A stretch of 64,000 nucleotides of DNA, from contig OZ336882.1 of NCBI GenBank assembly GCA_965287045.1, forward strand, positions 72,912,001-72,976,000, given 5' to 3'. Below the pieces are notes generated by a model that was not told the origin of the DNA, did no database searches, and saw nothing but the letters and a program-made list of their open reading frames with translations. Positions within the stretch are counted from its first letter, which is position 1. The number at the start of each line of letters is the position of its first letter. The position numbers and the translations under genes are program-made. Below are positions 48,325 through 62,600 of the stretch, piece after piece. The stretch comes from Carcharhinus amblyrhynchos (lineage: Eukaryota).

Positions 48325-49960
48325 GATTTAAACATGAATAGCCGTCTTGTTCCGGACAACTGCAGATCAAGCAACCTACATTCACTAGAAATATTGTCCT
48401 CTGGAATGCAGGCACTATCTCATGGTTCATCCCAACAAGGCCTGCTGTGTTTTCCTGTTGTCTGAAACGTTCACACAATGTCACTAAAATGAAATTGCGT
48501 CGACCTTACAAATTCAATATTCATGTTTTAAATGAGAAATAATTTTTATTCATATGTTGCTGTTTGTTCAACAACAGCCCTTGTCAGCCCTCTCCATAAC
48601 CTAAGATCGTTTACTCTCAAGTCAGTTTAGTTAGTGTTAGTAAACCTTTGGTCCTGTGTTTTACAAGCCTATTCCACACTTTCTGCCCCCACCCGCCCCC
48701 GCCCACATCATTTGCCGCTCTCGGTCGTTGGGCAAAGACCTACTGAAGCAACTAAATGGATATTTCTAAGTACCTAAACTTAGTTCTTACTAATTATTTC
48801 GAATTTCCTATTTCTCCCTTCCTTACCCTATCTGCTGTCACTGATGCTGTCACGTCGGTGGATTTAGAAAGTCGTGCAAATCAATTTGTGATTAGATGTA
48901 CAATTACTCCAAACATTAGGATCACAATTAAATAATAAAATTCCTTGAAGGAACGATGAATTCAGAGAGACTATCCAGCCTGGAAGCCAAGTACCTCAGG
49001 TAAATTGTGCAAGGTCTTTGTGTTTCCCACCTCCATGTTCATGTATACGACTGGATTGCTTACGTTTTCTGAACTGTCTTGTATATGAGTGCAAATAAAC
49101 ATCCAATTACTGCACGTGTCCATCCTCTTGCTGCCTAGATTCAATCCAATGCCATACATTGTTGAAGTCCGCTGTACGCATGACAACCATCTCATGAATG
49201 ATCATCTTGAGGGCAGTTCCTGTATTGACAATTTGTTCCCAATGTAGCTCAGCTTTGTAATTTCTTGCATTGTTCGATGCACTCCATATTGGGGAAACGT
49301 TATGCCAAAACCAGGGCTCCTTCTATCAGAGCTCGCCAGCATCTTGGCATGTGAGTCAGTTTATGTATTTACAAAGCTTTCTCCGCTTAACAAATATCCC
49401 TGAGAAGTTGGTTCTCAAATCAGAATCCAACTGTAGAGGCATGCCTGAATGAAGTATTATTTCATTTATTAATCAAAACCATTGTTTTTGGCTGTAGCAT
49501 CTTTGCACGGGAATGCTTCAACCCAACATGGAGATTGATAAATGATCACCAGATGAGAGGTCTTTCCTTGCACTTCGCGCAAGGGCCCAAGAAAATCCAT
49601 CTGCTTATTTCTCCATGGCCTTTTAGGTCATGTTGGATTACCCATCTTGACTCTGCAGCGATGACGTGATTCTACTAGGATGTACTACGGATACCTCTGA
49701 CCATCTCGCTATATCTCCTCGTTGTTATCTTTGTGGTCCTTCTCTGTGTGCACTAATCTGTGATGTGTCTCCAATAAGTTTTGCTGTATCACTTCTGGGG
49801 CTGTTATTTAGTGTTTCCTTCTCCATACACCATTTTGACCTCTCTTCCCTCCCCGTTTTCCCATTCCTGTTTCGCTTCCTCTGTGGCCTGTTCCTGTATC
49901 TCTTTCACATGAATATCTGTGATTCCCTGGCTTGTGCTGGTTTCCTGGACAGGTTTATTG
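48325..49960 (-). mobile_element. Internally deleted ERV relic, copy 3
   Basis: Unit B paralog of 31340-32955; ISD region near 49070-49200 (GLQQCMALD). Confidence 0.75.
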
Positions 49961-51640
49961 GATTCTCTTTAAGCACCCATTGTCATTTGCAACACGTATT
50001 GGTTTAGGCGCAAAATATAACACATTGGAGTGTTCACGTGTCAGCAGAAATTTCAGACAATGGAATCCACATTCCAACTTGATTTCCAGCATTTCGGTAC
50101 AAGTGCCACCCACCGATCGAATGTGGCATCCCTTCATATCAATGAAATTCAAAATCAAAGGAGATTGAAATAAGGCAGGGTGAGAAGGTGGCATTCCACC
50201 CAATCCGTTGTTTGCTTCCCTTGCGAAACCTATTGAAATTTGACCTGGGTCTGTTTCCAAAAATTCAAATGGTTCACGACATTGTGTGAGGGTTATGAAC
50301 TATTTCTGCAGACCATCTTATGACACTTCATTCTTTCGCATTCAAGTTTCATCATCATTTTCTGAGTAAATGGACAGTACAATCCGTACATCACAAGTGG
50401 TAGACTTCGGTTATTGGTGGCATTGGTGACTCCCAGCTACTGAGTGCAGTGCTGGGATTAAACTATGCAAACTCCTCTGAGCTGCCTCCAATGCCAGTAT
50501 GATTTCCCCTCGATAAAACAAATGAAAGGCATTCATAATATTCAAGGGGTTGTGTGAATTATCTGTTGCACAGTTTTAATATGCCTTCCCTCTTTTTTTC
50601 TTCATTCTGTTGGAAATAAAGGCAGACATTCCGTTTATCTTCCCAATTATCTGCTGAATCTGCATGCTTGTATTTGTGATGTATGCACAAGGACGCCTAA
50701 ATCCTTCTGTGTTGTGATTTTCTGCAGAATGTCTTCAATTAAATAATAATCAGCTTATTTATTGTTTCCAACTGAAGCACAAATGCTCACAATTTTTTGC
50801 ATAATATTCCATCTGCCAACTTTACCCCATCTGACGCAAACGACTCCATACGTCTCTGTTGACACTTGTTTCATCACAATAACTTGCTTTCCCATTTTTT
50901 GTGTCATCTGCAAACTTGACAAAAAATCCATTCACTTCCATCTTCCATGTTCGTTTGTCCCTTCACTGAACTGCATGAAAAATAGGCTTGTTGAAAGTAA
51001 CATACCTGATTCTCTATCATTCGTCCACCACATATTGGCATTGCACACCGCACTAAATGCTGTGATGCTTGGCTTGGATCACACTGCTATTCACCAACAC
51101 AACGTGTTTGTTTCCCAATGGATCACACAACTTGTCTTCTCATTTTTTTCTGCTTCATGAATAAGGTTTTACATTTGGATTGCCACTCAATGAGGTTCTG
51201 AATTTATGTTATGGAGCTTAACTAGTTATTCTATAAAATTAATATTATGCTTACATTGGTGTATTGACAGTACATTATGTCCCAGTTTAAGGATGGTGGA
51301 GTAAAAACTCATGAATTGCTTACCTCTCCCCCTACCTAACACGCCTGGGCTTCAGCTCTCATTCCCGCTGTCTTCATCGCTCTCTTTCTAACTCGGCTTC
51401 TTTTTCTCCCTCGCTTTTACTGCATCTGTTTTATTCATACTACGCCAGAAGATAAAGTATTCTCCCTCATTTCACTGAATTCCCCACTGACACATTTCCA
51501 TTCTTCTTGCACTTGTTCTCCCTTCATACAGTCCTCAGCGTAACCTACGTGGGAAAATATATATGTTGCCTCTCTTACTTCACTCCTAACTTCCTGTTTC
51601 CACTGCGATGCAAATACATATTGTCACTTGTCAGCGCAAG

Positions 51641-54600
51641 CATGGACATAACGTACACATTTCTGTACTTGTACTGCTTCATTATGCGAGGAGTTGGGAG
51701 AGGAGCTGGGAATTGTGCAATCATTTGCAAACCACTTCTGATGTGTTGATGGACAGAAGGTCACTGATGAAGCAATTGAAGACAGTTGGTCCGTGAACCC
51801 TGAAGAACTTCCACAGCGATTTCCTGGAAATGTAACCACCTAAACCACTTTCATTTGTGTCAGGTACGATTCCTACTTGTAGAAAACCTACCTTGATTCC
51901 CATTGACACCAGTTTTGTTTGTGTTTCTTCAGCCGATACATGGTCAACCATTCCCTTTCTGACAAGAGAAGTCACCCTCACCTGGCTTCTTTGTAACGTC
52001 ACGTTATTGTCTCTCATACAGGGTGGATCAGACACTATCAGAAATTCATGGCGTCTGATTGACAGCCCTGGTCAAGAAAGAAGAGATGAAGAAAGAGGCA
52101 GGAGGTAAAATAGAATATGACGTCCCTTCAATGTCCCACATCATAAACGATCCATCAGAAACCAAAAGTAATGTTAAGTTCCACTGCTTCCAATTCCAAA
52201 GGCTTCCAGTGAACCAGTAAATTGTTTGAAATAATAATTGTGATCCTTTTGGAACCCTCTGTGCCCTGATTTCCCTTCCTGTAATCCCAAAGCATCCAAC
52301 GTTGTATGTTCTATGTTTTTTTGGTAGCAAAGTTGTTAGCACTGAAATCTCACAGCGCCAGAGACCCTCGTTTTATTCCTCTCTTGAGTCAGGTTCTCTC
52401 CACACCTGTATGGCTTTCCTCCAGGTGCTCTAGTTTCCTCCCAATAGGAATGACATGCTGGTTAGGTGCATTGGCGATGTTAAGTTCAGCCTCCCTGTAC
52501 CTGAACACACGGCAGGGTGATTTCCACAGCAACACCATTGCAATGTTAATGTTAGCCTACTCGTGACACGAATAAATAACCTTAAAACTTTTCAGGCCTT
52601 TGCTGTGACAGAGATTTGCAAATTATTCACAGCATAGCACAGTGGCAGAGATCTTTCACTCAATTGTACTCCGGCATCAGGGATTCAAAGAAACATAGAT
52701 TTAGACGAATCAATCGAGTTTGCTTTTACCATTCAAAGATCTCATAATTAATTTGTGCCCAACTCTATAGACATATGTATTACAATTCCGCGTTCTCGAC
52801 CTTAAAAAAATATATACAGATAAAGCCATCCTTTTGGCTAACTGATGAAACCTCTAACAATTTTAACCATCTCTCTATAGTTCTTTACATCTGAAGTTTC
52901 CGAGATATCTAACGCAGATAGTTTTAAGTTGGCATTGCTAAAATGAGCACCCAGTCTGTGCTGTGCGTGCATGTGTTAATGCATCACACGGTGTGGTCAC
53001 AGATCCTAGGTTGACTCTAAGATTCCTCAATCAGTTGACCTGCTGCTGTTAGGATACCTGCCCAGAGGATGAGCAGAGACAGATGGAGACTTGTTGTTGA
53101 GCTGCACTGCAAAATGTAGCGGCAAATTATAATCAGAAGTCTGTCTCTGGAATGCAAGAGGAGTATTCTTAAAAATCTGGTTTTGTCCATTCCTCGGTAT
53201 CAATAATTTAAACGCCAGAATTCAAAATTATTTCAGTAACTCGGCTCAAATTGTGGTGAAGTTCAGTTTGTGAAGATATAAGGGTTGGAGACAAAATGCA
53301 TTAAAAATTGTGTGTTCCCGATATAAAAGCTGATATTTTGTGAAAATACTCGGAGTTTTGAAATGCAAAGTACATCCGATGGTCAAGACGAAACATATGT
53401 ATCTCCATGTCAGACAATAATCTTGAATACTAACCTGTTTGTATTTGAATGTTGTCTAATTGATTTAAATCAGGCACTCTGCTTCCAAAAACCTGTAAGA
53501 TTTGATATTGATGTTATTGATAATGGTGGACGAATCCTATTGTCGGAAAGTTGATCAGTCATTGTAGGTGCAAAAGAGATTGCAAGGGAGGGTGGGGTGG
53601 GGGGGGGGGGCGGAAGATTTGGCTGGCAACTGCCATCTTTCAAGCCTTGAGGGAGTTCGAGTACAAATGCCACTTGTCAAGAACAAGGGATCTCAGCTCG
53701 ACACACATTGCCAGCTTCAGATATCTCTCAAGTGAACACATAATCTTACCAGTGAAACGTGCAGAAACATAAATAACTCACAGACAGAAAATTCAACCGA
53801 AAAACTTCAGAAGATTCCAAAGGATACCAAGCCTGGTTGCATACTTACTGGGAGTGAGAAAACTATTGTTTTGTTGTTAACGAATGGACATTGGTTCTCT
53901 GAGATGAATGGACAACTGTTCTTAATGTGGAGTAACACTAATTAGTGTGGGTTCAATTCCAATATCGGCGAGGTTATTCAACAATGATGGCCTTCTCAAT
54001 CTTGACATTTTCTGGTAGAGTCACTACCACACAGTTGGGAAATATTTTTTAGACATGTTTTGTGGGGTGAAGGGCGGAGCGAGAGGGGGAGGGAGTGAGT
54101 GGAGGGAAGGGGTGTGGAAGGAGGGAGGAGCGGAGGGAGGGGCACGGAAGAGGGATGGAAAGGTGTGGTGAGAGGGGAGGGGGAGAGGAGGAGGACGGGA
54201 GTGGCGGGGTGAGGGAGGGGGAAGGAAGTGTTGACGGTATGAGGGAGTGAGGGGGAAGTGACGGGGAGAGTAGGGGGATGGAGGGGGTGAGCGAGGGGGG
54301 AGAAGATGGTCGGGGAGGATCGAGATAATGTGTGGGTGAGTGGCTGGTGGTTGGCTTTAAATCGGGGAAGAGGAAAGTGGAAATGAGTCCATAATCCGAT
54401 CATTCACGCTTCCCTATGTCACAATGTAAATTCCCCATAATGTTCCAGTAACGTTCCAGTGTGTGAGAATTCTTAGAGAGTACTGGACTGAACTACTGTA
54501 ATGCCAGTCTTGCAAAACAGAAAATTGTTGATAATGTATTGGTGAATGTCGCAGTGAACTGTGTTCATACATTTTGAAAGAGAATAAGGAAGGCGATGCA

Positions 54601-57600
54601 TCCGTAAACTATCTGAAAATGATATTAAGGAATAATGCGAAGCGTTTGATGTTCCAACATGGCTAACACGTGGTACTGCAAACCAGCAGAGACAGTTTAG
54701 TAAATACTTCGAATCGAACAAAGACAATTCTGGAAGGGAAGCTTACATAAAAGGTGGCTATCACATTTCTAATTAAATGAAGTTAAAGTGCTGAAGCAGG
54801 TAATGTTGAAATCGGTAATTCAGGGTCACAGACTCCGGGTGAGCATCCAATGACATTGATATAGGTGTCGATTTGAAGCATTACTTTGCAATAAGCCAGG
54901 TTTCCAAATCAGTCCGTATTGCTTACCACTTCCAGCCAAGCCTCCTCCCAGCTTTCCTTGTCTGATTCTAGTATCACACTCCACAATTTCCTTCTCGCTC
55001 ACATACCTATCCAACTCCCTCCTCATTGTCCATTCACCTTAACTAGGCATGGATTGAGAATTGTTTAGCAGACTGAAAACAAAGGGTAGGGACAAATGGA
55101 CATTTTCGAAGTTACAGGCTGTGATTTCGGGAACCCTCAGGGATCTGGGCTTGGGTCCAGCGATTTCAATGATGCATCAATGATTTCGATGAGGGAAGCA
55201 GAAATAACATTGGCAACGTTTCTCTCACAAAACTTGAGCGGAACCTGTGTGGCATGGAGGATGCTTAGAGATAGAAGTTGATTTAGGCAAGTTAAGTGTG
55301 CGGGAAGACACATTACAGATGCCGTACAATGTGGGCAAATGTAATGTAAGTAACGTTGGACAGAGAAAAAGAATGTTAGAATATTATTTATATCGTGATA
55401 GATGGGGAAGTGTCGACAAGGAAAGAGACCTAGATGTCGTTGTATACCAGATATTAAAGAAATCATGGAGGCAAGGCAAACAGACAGGTGGTAATTGATA
55501 GGCTGGGCTTCAATGAAAGATGACTTCAGTAAAGGAACAAGAATGTCAGACTGGAGATGTCCAAGGCATTGCTGTGAACACTACAGAAGTATTGTGTGCA
55601 GTTTTGGCTCATGATCTGAGAAAGGAGTGGAGCTAATTGACACTAGAGTGATTTCTGGGAAAGCGTGTTTCCAGCATGATATTAGAATGAGTTGAATGTA
55701 TATGCATTAACAGGAAATTAGAATAATTTGAAAATGCAAAAATATTTGACATGTTTGGAAAGATTGGATGTTGGGATGCCATTTCGATGGCAGAGTGGGA
55801 AGGGGCTCAACAATGAGATGTCACGACTTGTGAATATTGGTGGGCCATTAACGATTGAAGTAAGGAGAGACATCTTCACTCAGAGGGTGGTGAGCCTGCG
55901 GAATTCTCTACTACAGATGATGGTGGTGGTAAATAAGCTGAATATATTTAATAACAACATGTAGGCAGACCAGAATATGCTCAGTAGGTTGAAACTAGAT
56001 AGAGAGGGATTTTCGTATGAGGAGACGTTGAGCAGCTTGTGCCTGTTTAAAAGAATGAGAGACGACCTTATTGATACATATAATACTCATCGACCTTCTT
56101 GAGACACATCAGGGGCTTGACAGGATTGATGCTGAAACAGGGGTTCTCCTTGTGGGACGGTCTTGGAGTAAAGGGAATTATCTCAGCGGAAGGGGTCGTC
56201 CGTTTAAGACAAAAATGAAGTGTAATTTCTTCTCCCAGAGAATACTGAATCCATGGAATACTTCAATGCGTCTGCTTTCAAGGCTATCTCGTTAAGTATG
56301 CGCAAAGTTGAAGAAAAGGCTCATTGTAAGAAGGCTTCAGTACAGAAAAAAAATGGTATCTGATTGGAGCTGTGTAAGTCTTTGGTGAAACCACAACAGT
56401 GTTAATGTTTAGTCGCTGCTATTAGCGTCGCTATAAGATGAGCAACAGAAATGTTAAACTAACTTCAAAACAATCATGTTAGAGTCGCATAACTATCAGC
56501 GAATGCAGCGTTGGTTTGTACCAGTAACTTTTTTTTATTGAGTTAGCACCAATAACAGAATCATTTAATGCCAGTGATGACACTTTCAAACATTTTCCAT
56601 CAAGCTATTTATTTTTTTCGAAAATATCAAACACAGAACCTGAGACACTTCAGCTCCGGGGATTTTAGTTCGTCAAGAGTGCACTCCCTCTGAGATTCCA
56701 ATCCATTCCGCTTGGTGACTTGAAAGCTTGGTGCTGAGGGGAATCATTACCGAATATCTGGACCCGGGTGCGATGAGGAAAAAAAAATACATCTTTATTT
56801 GTTCAGTGACAACAACTAATCACGTGCAACATTATGTCACCTGATTTTACTAGCAGAGACTCGATTGTTACATAAATGGGGCTCATTGATACTTGAGAGA
56901 TCGACTTTGCGTGGAATATAAGAATTCGGAGACAATTCCCCTCCTCTTCCTAAAATGGTGCGAGCCGTAATCCTGCTAATAAAGGACGTTTACTATTCTC
57001 TGCTTGCGGCCTTTAGTGTTCCAGGTAAGTCCGAATATATCCTGTCGATGAATAGTTATGAGACTATCTCACTGTTGCGTCGTCACTGAACATTTTAACA
57101 ACTTGCCCATCATAATATCATAAAGAGCTACACCAAAATTTCATGCAGGAGGCGAGACATCATCCAGGTGAACAAATCGCGGACAACGGCAGCTTGAAAT
57201 TTATTTCCCGGCCCAGAATTGTCTTCCTATGTGTACAGTAGGCAGCTCTGCTCTGTTCCCAATTATAAGTGTAAAGGCTTTATATGCAATGAATGATTAT
57301 TCGAGCTACAGTCATTTCCATCCCACCTCTTTGAAAGATAATTTGTCCATCATTTGTTTAAAGAGCAACAAATGCCTCAATGTGCATCTGGAGATTCCTC
57401 CAGGTGGCTTAACTCGCTCCTGAAGATCTCGTCATGTTATTGTGGGATGTACTCAGGCTCTTACCGTTCAAGGTGGAGTACATTATGCAGCCAGGGGTAA
57501 ACCATCGGCTGTATCTAACGCCCTGGCAACCTTTGAGGTGGCTGTCGATCTTAAAAGCTCATTTTAAGGCGATAAAGACCAACATGTCCTCAGCTTCTTT

Positions 57601-59652
57601 GCCGAGCTGCTATGTTATTCTATAATGAAACGATGCAACATGAAATCAATTGCTCGTCATCTCAATGGGCCAGAGGGATTTCACGAGCTTCACCAGGCAT
57701 AAGCAATATAAAACATAGTGTTGTAGTAATTTCCACGATTTGATACACGTAGGTATAGTGACAGTAAGTGAAAATAAAATCTTATATGTCGTCACTGGAC
57801 TCCACTTGTGCCACAGAATAGATGATGTGGCATCCATGTCTCTTAGATTATTTTTGCACTGATTCGAACTCAATGTGGGGAAATGCCTTTTTTTGCTCCG
57901 ATGCCAACTGTGAGAGATGAATATCTACTTCACCCTTTAAGCTCTTCCCATTAATGGTACGAATTATCTGGAATTGCAAATGTTCTTTGGAAAAACAAAT
58001 TGACAATGGAAATCATTAGACCCCCGTTGAAGTTTCCCTGTATGCCTCCGAGGGTGATTAACCCCCGTCCATTATTCAGCTTTACGGATATATACAACAA
58101 CAGCAAAAAAAGACATTATGGATAGGAGAAGAATGCTGAAATCAAACAGAAAGCGTTGGAGATAAACACCACGTCAGGTGGCACATGGTGCTCAGGAGAA
58201 CAGGGGAGGACAGTCACCCAGCATACCTGAGTGTCAGCAGCACCATGGTGACGCTAAATGTGGAACTACATGCACGCTAAACAAGTGATATAATGAGAAA
58301 AGAAAGAATTAGCGTTTATACTTCTATTGACAGCCCACAGAATTGAAAGGTTTTCTCTGCTTGCCTTTCCACATAGGCTGCCTGACTTGATTTCCAGCAT
58401 TTTTGCACTGCGCTCACTGTTGAGGAAGAATCTCCCGCTTGTGTGTCGCTGTTGAATATTCCCCTTCAATCGGTGATTAAAACTTATAATACTCCTCCCC
58501 CACCACCCCCCCAGCCATCTTCCACGCCCCCCATGCCTTTCCTCTGCTCCTTTCTTCCTTTATGTTCTCCAACATAGTCGGTTCTTTTTCCTTCTGGTAG
58601 AGATTATTTAATTTGGTATTGATTTTTATCCTTTTATTCCCTCATTCCCATTAAAGTGCTCTGTTTCCATGGCACATGCACACACGCTGCTAAGTAGTCA
58701 AATAGATAAACCTTTCTTTTAGATTGACTGAAATGTTCTTATTTTCCTTCCTCTTCTTGCAGCGAACATTATGACCATCGTGATCCTCTCCAGAGGAAAT
58801 TGTGGTCTCTCCAAATGTATCTCTGTCTACATGGTGGCTATGGCTGTAGCGGATCTGCTGATCATGGTGTTCAATGTAGTCGTGTATCTGATCTTCAATT
58901 ATCACTTTCCGTACTCCATTCTGTCCTACACTGCTGTTTGTAAGTTCATTCTGTACATTGCTTTTGTTAGTTTGGATATGTCAGTGTGGTTCACAGTTTC
59001 ATTTACATTTGACCGCTTTGTTTCCATCTGTTGTCCGAACTTTAAAGAGAAATATTGCACGAAGAGAACTGCAACTACGATTATAGTGACGGCCTCAGCT
59101 TTGACCTATTTAAAAGGTGTCCCTATGTGCTTTTCGTACGAAGCTGAACAAATCATTGACAATGTGCACTGGGGCTGTCGGACAACGCAGGCCGTTTATA
59201 CATTGCCACTCAATGTGGTTCTGAATTTATGTTATGGAGCTTAACCAGTTATTCTATAAAATTAATTTTATGCTTACGTTGGTGTATTGACAGCTTACAT
59301 TATGCCCCAGTTTAAGGATGGTGGAGATAAAACTCATGAATTGCTTACCTCTCCCCCTACCTAACACGCCTGTGCTTCAGCTCTCATTCTCGCTGCCTTC
59401 ATCGCTCTCTTTCGAAATCGGTTTCTTTTTCTCTCTCGCTTTTACTGCATCTGTTTTATTCATACAAAGCCAGGAGATAAGGCATTCTCCCTCATTTCAC
59501 TGAATTTCCCAATGACACATTTCCAATTCTTTTTGCACTTGTTCTCCCTTCATACAGGCCTCAGCTTAATACATATGTTGTCTCACTCACTTCACTCCTA
59601 AGGTCATGCTTCCACTGCGATTCAAATGCATATTGTCACTTGTCAGCACAAG
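51641..59652 (+). repeat. Tandem segmental unit C (~8.0 kb, shortened by deletion; contains gene 4)
   Basis: Colinear with units A/B up to 59207, then jumps to the sequence matching 34186/51185. Confidence 0.9.
56955..59244 (+). pseudogene. GPR139-like GPCR gene 4, truncated in ECL2 (exon 1 56955-57024, exon 2 58763-59207, 11 foreign codons to stop)
   Basis: Exon 1 MVRAVILLIKDVYYSLLAAFSVP, donor gtaagt 57025, acceptor 58762; homology to genes 2/3 ends at ...AVYTLP and TM5-7 are missing. Confidence 0.9.
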
Positions 59653-62600
59653 CATGGATATAATGTCAACATTTCTGGACTTGTACTGCTTCATTATGCG
59701 AGGAGTTGGGAGAGGAGCTGGGAATTGTGCAATCATTTGCAAACCACTTCTGATCTGTTGATGGACAGAAGGTCACTGATGAAGCAATTGAAGATAGTTG
59801 GTCCGTGAAGACTACCCCGAAGAACTTCCACAGTGATGTCCTGGAAATGAAACCACCTAAACCGCTTTCATTTGTGTCAGGTATGATTCCTTCTAGCAGA
59901 AAACTTGACCTTGATTCCCATTGACACCAGTTTTTTTTGTGTTTCTTCAGCCGATACATGGTCAACCACTCCCTTTCTGACAAGAGAAGTCACCCTCAAC
60001 TGGCTTCTTCATAACGTCACGTTATTGTCTCTCATACAGGGTGGATCAGACACTATCAGAAATTCATGGCGTCTGATTGACAGCCCTGGTCAAGAAAGAA
60101 GAGATAAAGAAAGAGACAGGAGATAAAAGTTGAATATGACGTCCCTTTTATGCCCCACATCATAAATGATCCATCAGAAACCAAAAGTAATGTTAAGTTC
60201 CACTGCTTCCAATTCCATTGGCTTCCAGTGAACCAGTAAATTGTTTGGAATAATAATTGTGATCCTTTTGGAACCCTCTGTGCCCTGATTTGCCTTCCTG
60301 TAACCCGAAAGCATACACCTTCGTATGTTCTGTGTTTTTTCGGTCGCAAAGTTGTTAGCACTGAAATCTCACAGCGCCAGACACCCTCGTTTTATTCCTC
60401 TCTTGGGTCAGGTTCTCTCTACGCCTGTAAGGCTTTCCTCCAGGTGCTCTGGTTTCCTCCCAATAGGAATGACATGCTGGTTCGGTGCATTGGCAATGTT
60501 AAGTTCAGCCTCCCTGTACCTGAAAACGCGTCAGCGTGTAGCTTCTACGGGATTTCCACAGCAACACCATTGCAATGTTAATGTTAGCCGACTCGTGACA
60601 CTAATAAATAACCTTAAAACCTTTCAGGCCTTTGCTGTGACAGAGAATTGCAAATTATTCACAGCATAGCACAATGGCAGACATCTTTCACTCAATTGTA
60701 CTCTGGCATCAGGGATTCAAAGTGGCATACATTTAGACTAATCAATCGAGTTTGTTTTTACCATTCAAAGATCTCATAATTAATTTGTGCCCAACTCTAT
60801 AGACATACGTATTATAATTCCCCATTCTCGACTTTCAAAATATATGCAGAGAAAGCCATCCTTCTGGCTAACTGATGAAATCTCTAACACTCTATAGTTC
60901 TTTACATCTGAAGTTTCCGAGATATCTAACGCAGATAGCTGTAAGTTGGCATTGCTAAAATGAGCACCCAGTCTGTGCTGTGCATGCATGTGCGAATGCA
61001 TCACACGGAGTGGTCAGAGATCCTAGGTTGACTCTAAGATTCCTCAATCAGTTGACCTGCTGCTGTTAGGATACCTGCCCAGAGGATGAACAGAGACAGA
61101 TGGAGACTTTTGAGGAGCTGCACTGCAAAACATAGCGGCAAATTATAATCAAAATTCTGTCTCTGGGATGCAAGAGGAGTATTCTTAAAAATCTGGTTCT
61201 GTCCATTCCTCGATATCAATAATTTAAACGCCAGAATCCAAAATTATTTCAGTAACTCGGCTCAAATTGTTGTGAAGTTCAGTTTGTAAAGATATAAGGG
61301 TTGGAGACAAAGTGCACTAAAAATTGTGTCTTCCCTATAAAAGCTGATATTTTGTTAAAATACTCGGAGGTTTAAAATGCCAAGTACAGCCGAAGGTCAA
61401 GATGAAACATTTGTATCTCAATGTCAAACAATAATCCTGAATAGTAACCTGTTTGTGTTTGAATGTTGTCCAATTGATTTAAAGCAGGCACTCAGCAACC
61501 AAAAACCTATAAGATTTGAAATTGATGTTGCTGATAATGGTGGACGAATGCTATTGTAGGAAAGTTGATAGATCATTGTCGGTGCAAAAGAGATTGCAAA
61601 GTGGGAGAAAAAAAACATTTGCCTCGCAACTGCTATCTTTCAAGCCTTGAGGGAGAAAGAGCACACAAATGCCACTTGCCAAGATCAAAGGGTTCTCAGA
61701 TCGACACACCTTACCAGATTCAGATATCTCTCAAGTGAACAGATAATCTAACCAGTGAAAGGTGCAGAATCATAAATAACTCACAGACAGAAAATTCAAC
61801 CGAAAAACTTCAGAAGATTCCAAAGGATACCAAACCTGGTTGCATACTTACTGGGAGTGAGAAAAGTATCCTTTTGTTGTTAATGAATGGACATTGGTTC
61901 TCTCAAATGAATGGACAACTGGCCTTAATGTGGAGTAACACTAATCAGTGTGGGTTCAATTCCAATATCAGCAAGGTTATTCAAAAAATGACGGCCTTCT
62001 CAATCTAGACATTTTCTGGTTGAGTCACTACCACAAAGTTGGGAAACATTTTTATAGACATGTTTTGTGAGGTGAAGGGCAGAGGGAGCGGGGGAGGGAG
62101 GGAATAGAGGGAAGTCATGTGGAAAGAAGGCGGAGCGGAGGGAGGGGCAGGGAAGAGGGATGGACAGGTGTGGAGGGAGAGGAGGGGGGCGTGAGTCGCG
62201 GGCTGAGGGAGAGGGTGGAAAGTCTTGAGGGTATGGGGGCGTGAGGGGGGAGTGAAGGGGGAGTGAGTGGGAGGACGGGGGGATGGAGCGGGTGAGCGAG
62301 GGGGGAGAGGACGGTCGGGGGAGGAAGGAGATAATGTGTGGGTGAGTGGTTGGTGGTTGGTGATAATGTATTGGTGAACGTCACAGTGAACTGTGTTCAT
62401 GCATTTTGAAAGAGAGTAAGGAAGGTACTGCATCCATAAACTATCTGAAAATGATGTTAAGGAATAATGCCAAACGTTTGATGTTCCAACATGGCTAACA
62501 AGTGGTCCTGCAAACCAGCAGAGACAGTTTAGTAAATACTTCGAATCGAACAAAGACAATTCTGGAAGGGCAGCTTACATAAAAGGTGGCTATCAAATTT

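Larger units (their letters stand above)
34642..51640 (+). repeat. Tandem segmental unit B (~17.0 kb; contains gene 3)
   Basis: Colinear with unit A; private solo LTR and LINE-tail insertions, private loss of one palindrome arm. Confidence 0.9.
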
